Part shown: positions 55,596-64,000 of the stretch, in pieces
How the letters are laid out: the number at the start of each line of letters is the position of its first letter
Position numbering within the stretch: the first letter of the stretch is position 1
Source of the DNA: Octopus sinensis
Taxonomy: Eukaryota
Direction of reading: 5' to 3'
NCBI RefSeq assembly: GCF_006345805.1
Contig: NC_043001.1
Coordinates: 68,758,001 to 68,822,000 of the forward strand
DNA: 64,000 bases
Made by a program: the position numbers and the translations under genes
The notes under the pieces: model-generated
The model's database searches: none
What the model was told of the DNA's origin: nothing
Seen by the model: only the letters and a program-made list of their open reading frames with translations

Positions 55596-55970
55596 AAATT
55601 AAATAAGGGTAGACATTTATATTAATCAATTAAAACCAGTGGTCTAGCATATTTAAAAAATCCGAAGATAAAACTTTTTTTTACATACAAAATTTAGAGG
55701 ATTTACCACTGAAAGTGGACAGCCTGTATGCTAGATATAGACGTCAAAATCGCCATTTTCCACGGTGAATGTGTTCTCAAGAAAAACTTCAGCAAAAACC
55801 AAAAAACCAAATGACGATTTTGACGTCTATATCTAGCATACAGACTGTCCACTTTCAGTGGTCAGTCCTCTAAATTTTGTATGTAAAAAATGTTTTATCT
55901 TCGGATTTTTTTATATATGCTAGGCCACTGGTTTTAATTGATTAATATCAATTTCTACCCTTATTTAATT
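55596..55970. mobile_element. ~375-bp fold-back element; a third partial arm lies at 56285-56390
   Basis: aattaaataagggtag...ctacccttatttaatt with ~160-bp near-perfect arms. Confidence 0.85.
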
Positions 55971-56414
55971 TGTTTTTTAAATGTTCTCTAGCCGGTAAAT
56001 TAACTGCAGAGTAAATTTCCGATATCAACGCGCCAAAGTGAAGCCATTTGAAAGGATACATATAAATATAATTTGTGGAACTTTATACAATGCTGGATTT
56101 CGGTCGAGCGCCATGTATCTAGATCTAGAAATTGTGTTTCGTAAACGACAAACTATGCTGATGATCTTGCAGATGTTTATATATTCATATACGTAAGTTA
56201 TTAACAAGTGAAACTAATTAGTATATAGGTAATCGTTTTTTTTATTTCGTATATTTTCATATGTCTTGCTTATTTTTACACATTAGTTTTTTGCTGAATT
56301 TTTCTTGAGAACACATGGAAAATGGCGATTTTGATGTCTATATATAGCATACAGGCTGTCCACTTTCAATGGTCAATCCTCTAAATTTTGTATATATATA
56401 TATATATATATATA

Positions 56415-56980
56415 CGAATATAAACAAGAAGGGTAGTAATATTGGTTACTACCAGGTGCCCAGCACAAAAGGCGAATTAGTCATAAGACAAAATATTATT
56501 CATATAGAAAAATATTATTCATGTAGTAATACAATTAAGGGCTCCTAAATTAGGATGCCGAGTGCTGGGAACACAAAAAGGAGATGAATTTATCGAGAGT
56601 GAAAATCGAAAACGTTTACCGATAACTTTACACCTCGGACTGATCAGTTTCTGCCTCTTTCTAGCAAAACACAGAATATGTTTGCTAAGGCTGGCTTCAT
56701 CAACGAGTCGCCTAAAATTGAATCGAGGTCTGCAGCGATGTGAGACCATGTGTTGATCTCGACTACTAGCAGATCTTAACTTTTCAAATCTCTGCGCAGA
56801 CGCAAAACTTACACGGCAGTATAGGGCATGCCGGGAAGAACTTTACAAATAAATCCATCAAGTAATATGCGAATATAAACAAGAAGGGTAGTAATATTGG
56901 TTACTACGAGGTGCCCAGCACAAAAGACGAATTAGTCATAAGACAAATATTATTCATATAGAAAAATATTATTCATGTAG

Positions 56981-56985
<5 letters not shown>
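56415..56985 (-). mobile_element. Non-coding 455-nt unit plus 117-nt terminal duplication with one hammerhead (retrozyme-like), embedded in (TA)n
   Basis: 56415-56531 and 56870-56985 differ by 2 substitutions and 1 indel. HHR at 56634-56707. Confidence 0.75.
56634..56707 (-). ncRNA. Type I hammerhead (core TTGATGA, C3U variant)
   Basis: ctcg-TTGATGA-a-gcc...[tagcaaa/tttgcta hairpin]...ggc-a-GAAAC-tgatca-GTC-cgag. Perfect palindrome ACTGATCAGT. Confidence 0.75.
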
Positions 56986-57054
<69 letters not shown>

Positions 57055-57094
57055 TATATTATATATATATATAATATTATATTATATATATATA

Positions 57095-57184
<90 letters not shown>

Positions 57185-57229
57185 CGCATAAAATAATCCG
57201 GTCTGGTTTTTGCATTTCATGTCATTTAC

Positions 57230-57530
57230 ATCTCTGCTGACTGTGTAGTCCTATTTGGACAAACACTCCCTCTGGTGAAGACTTTGCCTGGCTGGTTGTA
57301 ATGTCATAGTTTCTTGTTGTCCTTTCTTGTCTTTCTATTTCTCCTCTCCCCCTCTGTCACACCTTTGTATACCCTCTTCTATGATGAGTCACCAATCTTC
57401 ACGATTACTGACAACCGCTTCCCAGTTGCTAGTATTGATGTCACAGGCCTTCATTCCCTTTTGCAAACAACCTTGTTCCGTAAGAACGGTCTTCCAACAG
57501 AACAGACTTAGTGCCCCTAGCAAGCTCTAC
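57230..57530 (-). mobile_element. RTE-BovB-like 3' end
   Basis: GMKACDINTSNWEAVVSNREDW...EEGIQR...[14 protein letters not shown]. Confidence 0.7.
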
Positions 57531-57553
57531 CATACATACATAATATATATATA

Positions 57554-57643
<90 letters not shown>

Positions 57644-57766
57644 CAATATTTTTTATATTATAAGTATAATTATAATTAAAAATTATTGTTTAAGTTTACC
57701 GATAATGGTTCTTTTAACATACCGAAACTATTTGATAAAATTATTAATTATTAATTAATTATACCC

Positions 57767-57820
<54 letters not shown>

Positions 57821-57899
57821 ACTATTATATCATTATTATATATATATATATACATATATATATATCCATATATATATATATATATATAATATATATATA

Positions 57900-57945
<46 letters not shown>

Positions 57946-57946
<1 letters not shown>

Positions 57947-58290
57947 GAAATATTAAAATTACTAAATCTCTCTAAAGGAGATTACGACAGCGTTACTGGA
58001 TATTTATATTTATCGCCATACTAATATGGCAGTCTATAAATATAAGACTAAAGCTGTCGCTGATTAGCTCCAAGAGGCCATCGCCTCTAGCTAGCTATAT
58101 GACACACGAACCTGAGTCCATTACAACCTTCGAACAGGGGAGGTCAGCCGCTTCACCTTGCTAGTCAGACATCTGCAGACATGTTTCCGGGTTGTTGCCC
58201 TTTATCAATGCAGCGTAGTCAGACCCGCAGGTGTCGCTACAAACCGTCTGTTCGAAGATTTTATTTACCTAGTTACAGTGGAATACATAT
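57946..58290 (-). mobile_element. 5'-truncated relative of the 25640 element's 3' end, with a hammerhead
   Basis: Starts after (TA)n with agaaata.taaa.tt.ctaaatctctc. Colinear blocks catcg..cctc, tgacaca, ggggag, cagccgc, then the HHR. Confidence 0.65.
58173..58213 (-). ncRNA. Minimal type I hammerhead with U3-A8 core (TTGATAA)
   Basis: ctgca-TTGATAA-a-ggg-caacaa-ccc-g-GAAAC-at-GTC-tgcag. Palindromic ACATGT stem III. Confidence 0.7.
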
Positions 58291-58549
58291 ATACCGAGCT
58301 TCTTTTAGTTTCCGTCTGCCAAATTTACTCACTATACCCTCGGCCCGAGGGTAAAGTCGAAAAGACTTGCCCAAGGTGCCACACAGTAAGACTGAATCCT
58401 AAACCCTAAACAAACTTCTGACCAAACAACCACGCCTGTACACACACACACATATGTATATGAATATACTTATACATCCATTATATATAATTGCACGCAC
58501 ATACATGCGCGCGTATCTATATATATATGTGTATATATATATATATTTA

Positions 58550-58604
<55 letters not shown>

Positions 58605-59646
58605 ATATATATATATATATATATACACGCACAAACACATGCCAAATTGAGGGAGTGAAACAGGTAAAATATACTCTACATATGTTTGTTAACTAGCTGT
58701 CGCTCGTTACGCAAATGTTACTCAATCAACTTCTCTCGTGATAGCTCATAATCAGGCAGCGATTACCTGAATGGCGTTTGCATGCTGCACGGAATATCTA
58801 AGTCTCCCACAAGACAATAGCGAGTACAACTGAACAGAAGAGTGAATAGCAATTTTTTTTTTAAATATGAAAAAAAAAAGAAAGTAACTTCAGAGAACCA
58901 ATAAACATTTTAGCTCAAAGTTAGATTCAAAATATGCATAGAGTGGGTGTGGTTTATGTTCGAATTGTAGGAAGAAAAGCAGAAAGAGAAGGAAAGGGAG
59001 ACGAAGAATATTATGATTATGGGGAATGGCGGGACATTTATTGGTGCAATAAAAACCTATTGAAAGGATACTGACAGCAGATTTTGGCAGACTGCTAATA
59101 TGCTATCGGCCAAATTCATATTAGTAGAAGCGTGGTCGGTGGGGTTCTTTCATTTACATAGAACAAAGCACACTAGTAAATATGCATGCGTATATTTCTA
59201 TCCACACATTCATATACACAGGCCACGCACTCATTATATGTACACAGACACACTCTCTTTCTCTCTCACACGCTCAAATATATATTATGCTTGTGTGTGT
59301 GTGTTAAAATAAAGTTGTCATTGTCAATTACATATATAATAAACACTGGACTTTTACCAATGGTATGGTTACCTATTGGGGATAGAGACAAATTTCTCGT
59401 GCAGATCAAGTTGATCTGTCAATATTTGAAGAAAATTTGAAGTTCTCGTGTTGTGTATATAGGGAGACATGGTACTTAATTGATTGATTGAACGAACAAT
59501 TAACCAGACAATCGATTAGTTAATTAGTTAACATTAGTTTTACATTTGACGGATATTTGTCCTCTTGTTTTCGGCTGATTTACCCTCCAGCGTATTTCGA
59601 ACCTGGTTTCTCATCCCTAACGTATTTTTCGATGCTGTTGTTGTTG

Positions 59647-59680
<34 letters not shown>

Positions 59681-59684
<4 letters not shown>

Positions 59685-59757
59685 CTCACTGTCTGGAATC
59701 GTACTCGGATTCTTTGGGTTAGTAGACCGCGCTCTTAACCACTACGCCATATGCCCG
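59681..59757 (-). mobile_element. Short tRNA-derived SINE head
   Basis: gggcatatggcgtagtggttaagagcgcgg...gagtacgattcc (A-box and B-box-like), followed by (AAT)n. Confidence 0.6.
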
Positions 59758-59775
59758 TGGAGTGAATTTTAGGGC

Positions 59776-60500
59776 TTAAAAATCTAATATCTTCCTATCC
59801 TTCCCTAATACCGGTTCCCATATGCTACTCATATCTGCACTCGTTCTGCTTAGGCGGTTGTTGTGCCTCAACATATGTGCTGCTTCTTTTAGTTTTTGTA
59901 TTTTCCAGTGGTGTTCTCTATTTGTTATTTTAACTTCATCCCACAGCGGGGAGGTGGTCTCCATTTTTCCATACATGATCATCTATACCCGATTTATCAA
60001 TATCTCCCCGTGTCACAGCTTTGCGATGTTCGTCTACCCTTATTTTGAGGGAGTGGCATGTTTCCCCTTTGTATAACCTACTACAGCTGCATGGGGTGGA
60101 GTACACGCAGTATTTGGTCATATTCTCGTCCATTGATGGTTTTACTCGAAGGAGTTATTTGCGAAGTGTTGTATTACTCTTGAATACTGTACTTATATCA
60201 TATGGGCCGCATATGAATATTTTTGAATACCTTTTGTATCTTTTCAGGGAGGCCTTTCACATAGGGTAGGCAGACTGTGGACAGTTTATTGGTTTCATCC
60301 TCTCTTTTCTTCATAATTGAAGTGGATAGTATTTTTTAAGAGTAGTTGTTACTTAATAGATTGTTACTTAGCTTGATCATTTCTTCGCTACTTATATTCT
60401 TTGCTCGATGTTTTAGGCACTGAGCAATCCCTCTCTTTACACTGTATGGATGGTGGGAACTGAAGTCGAGGTATCGTCCAGTGAAAGTCGGCTTGCATTA
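59776..60500 (-). mobile_element. Penelope-like element 3' part (RT thumb + GIY-YIG), degenerate
   Basis: YLDFSSHHPYSVKRG; CVYSTPCSCSRLYKGETCHSLKIRVDEHRKA; WDEVKITNREHHWKIQKLKEAAHM. Confidence 0.9.
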
Positions 60501-60994
60501 TATGGATGTCTTGAATCCATACATAATTCCCCATCTCTTAAATATAGAACTGAATTAATTAATGATATGAAAATAATAAAAGAAATTGTGGAACAATCAA
60601 ATGATACTAATATGTAACTTTAATAATAGAATAAAGTGAGGACAGTTGGAAAACAGGTATTATTAATTGAAAAGATCATGCTATTTGTTGTTACTTGATT
60701 CGGGACAACCTTTGCTCACCCAGTAAATGTGGTATTTTATGTGGATGAGTGAGGCATCTGAACATACAATGTAAACATAACAATGTTTACTATTTTATCT
60801 CAATAATGGTTTTCAATTATGAAGGAAGCGTATTGGTAAGAACAACGGCACTAACCACAAGGACACATATTGTTACGAAGACATGGAGATCTCTTGAGAT
60901 GGTTACTGAAAGCAAGATGAGATATTGGAATGTTCCAGGGGATTTTCCAGTTCTTTGATGGGAAACAATAAAGTCTGTTTCATCAACAACACGG

Positions 60995-61033
60995 ACGGTA
61001 ATAGCGATTTCTATATTGATGATGATAATAATG

Positions 61034-61084
<51 letters not shown>

Positions 61085-61170
61085 GCTGCTGTTGTAGTAG
61101 TAATAGTAAAAGTAGAAGTAGCAGTAGTGGTTGTAGTAGTAGTAGTAGTAGTGGCAGCAGCAGCAGCATA

Positions 61171-61214
<44 letters not shown>

Positions 61215-61353
61215 TGAATAATAATAATGATGATAATGATGAAGATAACAATAACAATAATAACAATAACAATAATAATGATAGCAACAGCAACAATATT
61301 TGTGTTGATTACTTTAATAATAGAAAATACTGCTGCTGCTGCGGCTAGTTGTA

Positions 61354-61408
<55 letters not shown>

Positions 61409-61434
61409 CAACAATAATAATAATAATAATAATA

Positions 61435-61467
<33 letters not shown>

Positions 61468-61606
61468 GTGATGATGGCGATGGTGATGGTGGTGGTGGCG
61501 GTGGTGGTGGCGGTGGCGGTGGCGGTGGTGGTGGTGGTGGTGGTGGTGTTGGTAGTGGTGATGGTGATGGTAATGATGCTGGTGACGACGACGACGACGA
61601 CGACTT
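60995..61606. repeat. Long compound trinucleotide mosaic (AAT/AGT/AAC/GAT/GGT/GAC)
   Basis: Direct reading. Confidence 0.95.
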
Positions 61607-62174
61607 GATCAGTGAGAAAATTCACGGAAAATAAAAAAAATGTATGCACCTGTAAATTTAGTGCTGCTGCCATGATGAACGTTTCTATATTGTGACACTT
61701 AGAGAATATAGAAAGAGGTGTAAAACCGGTAACTATATAATCCAACCAGAAAATCTCAGTTACGCAAACGTAATAGCCTTAAAATACATCGTATGTATTA
61801 AAAAAAACCTTGGTTTAGTGATACGGGACATTCTTGTAGCATTCTTTTATTCTTTTACTTGGTTCAGTGGCCATGGTAGAAAACCGCCTTTTAGTCGAAG
61901 AAATCGACCCCTAGACTTATTCTCTTTAAAACTGGTGCTTCTTCTATCAGTCTGTTCTGGTGAACAGCTAAGTTACGGGACACAAACACAACATCGGTTG
62001 ACAAACAATGGTGTAGGGAGACAAACATGGACATAAAAATATAATATAGACGTGTGCACTTTTACTCCCTCCCCACACTTAGCGGTCATTCAAATAGCTC
62101 TTTTGTCTTAATAACTGTCAATCACACAGTAATTTTCCTTTGTTTTAACGGTCATTTTAATCGTACTTTTTTTG

Positions 62175-62523
62175 ATGGCCGGATAACTGAAGATATGGCG
62201 GCGTGGATTTCCACCTCGACATCCGAAACACGCAGTTTTATCATGGCTACCGAATAATTGTCACATATTACATTTACAGATAAATTCCTCCATTTACTTA
62301 ATATCGAAGTCTCTTTAATTCTTTTGTTGTCTTACCATTTCTATCATATATATATATATGGCCAGATAACCGAAGACATGGTGTTGTGGATTTCCACTTC
62401 GGCATCTGAAACTCAGAGTTTTATCTTGACTATTGAGTAATGTAAAATTATTTTATAGATAAATTTCCTCTATTTACATAATATTGAGGTCTCTTTCTTT
62501 CTTTTGTTATCTCACCGTTTTTA

Positions 62524-62530
<7 letters not shown>
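62175..62530 (+). mobile_element. Tandem pair of ~183-nt monomers each carrying a type I hammerhead (non-LTR retrozyme-like)
   Basis: HHR1 62182-62242: gataa-CTGAAGA...GAAAC-acgca-GTT-ttatc. HHR2 62365-62425: gataa-CCGAAGA...GAAAC-tcaga-GTT-ttatc. The monomers are diverged but colinear. Confidence 0.7.
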
Positions 62531-62560
<30 letters not shown>

Positions 62561-63024
62561 CGGGCTTCTTTCAGTTTCCGTCTAACTAACTCACTCACGA
62601 GGCTTTGGTCGGGCCGAGGCTATAGTAGAAGACACTTTTTAAAGTATAAAGTTGAATTTCATGTGGCCACTTGTTGACAACTTTTCCCCTCCACCCATTT
62701 TATAGGGGTATTACCCCGTTTTCTGGGCTCTTTTCACAGCTATACCCCGTTCGAGATTTGCATTAGATTTTGTATGGAAAAAAATGAAGGAAGCGGGGGG
62801 CTTGTTTGTAGTTTATAGAGAAAACGTTAAACGTTCCTGAAAAAACATGACCTACCCCCACACCACCACCACTAACTAAAAGACGAATAAGTGTCAGGGG
62901 TAGGGAAAAAAGAGAGAACTAACAGGCGATCCCAGAATAAAAATGTATACACCTGAAAGGCTTACCTTCTATTCATTACTAAATATATTCTATTTCCCTC
63001 TTCTTCATTGTTAAAAGTAAAGAA

Positions 63025-63770
63025 GAGAGTGAACGTGGTTAGGGGTATTCGGCCCATGATCGTAAAGTCATGAGTACGATTCCTTGTGATGCGCTTGTGA
63101 TTTTGAGCAAGGTACTCTACCTCACCTTGCTGGTAAAAATGAGTTGTAGCTGTAATTCTTAGGGGCCAGCCTTGTTACATTCTGTGTGAGGCTGAATCTC
63201 CCAGAGAACTAACTTATGGTATGCATGTTTGTGGAGTACTCTGCCACTTGCGCGTTAATTTTACGAGCAGATTGTTCGTTGATCAAATAAAAAGGAACCT
63301 CCGAGTGCCGTTATTTAAAAAGAAAAGGAAATGTTCCATGCCGAAAGGCAAAATGTCATGTGTTTCGTATAAGCAGTGAAAGCAGAGACAAAATAATTGC
63401 TATTCCACCGTGTATTCGCACTCGATTCACGCTCATTTTGATAACAGCTTCCGCATCGGTTTTTATCTGGGGGCTTGGCCTCTAGATCTGTGAGACCCGC
63501 AAATGCCGCTGGTAGGACCGGAATAACACTTATAGTGAGCCTAACGACTAAAAAGATTTTCTTGCCCCTATATAGGATCTCCTTTCGTTTTCTTCCAAAC
63601 ACTTGGAGATTTATCTTGTGTCAGCCCACTCAGCTGGCCAGAATGAGTTGTAGCTGTAATTAAAAGGGGTCAGCCTTATCACATTCTGTGTGAGGCTGAA
63701 ACTCCCTGAGAACTATGTTAATGATACGCATGTCTGTGGAGTACTGAGCCTCTTGCGAGTTAATTTTATT
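63025..63770 (+). mobile_element. tRNA-headed SINE (63025-63300) and a second partial copy (63620-63770)
   Basis: gtggttagg...gagtacgattcc head. aatgagttgtagctgtaatt...acattctgtgtgaggctgaa...tgtggagtact is duplicated. Confidence 0.6.
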
Positions 63771-64000
63771 CTCGTATGGTAATGAAAAGTGAATGTGACA
63801 TCCAATATTTACTGAGTCTATGTATCTATGTATCAACTTTTCTGTCGATCTATGAATGTACTGTCTCTCTCCATTTCTCTCTTTCTCTCTCACTTCCTCT
63901 GTGTTCCTCATCACTCCCGCTTTTAATTCAACAATGTGTGTATGTATCTATGTACCAACTTTTCCTTCGATCTATGTATTCACTTTTCTTGCGATGTGAT

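Overview
AT-rich, microsatellite-dense eukaryotic DNA. The tRNA-derived SINEs and repeat make-up look like an octopus (coleoid cephalopod) genome; this is an inference from pattern recognition, not a database hit. I could not identify a host protein-coding gene, so the window appears intergenic or intronic. It is a mosaic of decayed transposable elements: RTE LINEs, a Dong/R4 element, Penelope-like elements (PLEs), a Tigger/pogo transposase, a Helitron N-terminus, a hAT MITE, many fold-back/MITE palindromes, and SINEs. The main signal is about a dozen type I hammerhead ribozyme (HHR) motifs, folded by hand and mostly minimal with a palindromic stem III loop. Some sit in PLE pseudo-LTRs. Others sit in elements with no RT or endonuclease. 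One is a ~2.1 kb, direct-repeat-bounded, (TA)n-embedded unit whose only cargo is a gag/ORF1-like RRM + CCHC protein (25640-27817), a candidate protein-coding retrozyme. The others are a 455-nt non-coding unit-plus-partial-repeat element (56415-56985), a tandem pair of 183-nt HHR monomers (62175-62530), and an HHR with a compensatory U3-A8 core (58173-58213). No ribozyme activity or transcription can be shown from sequence alone.
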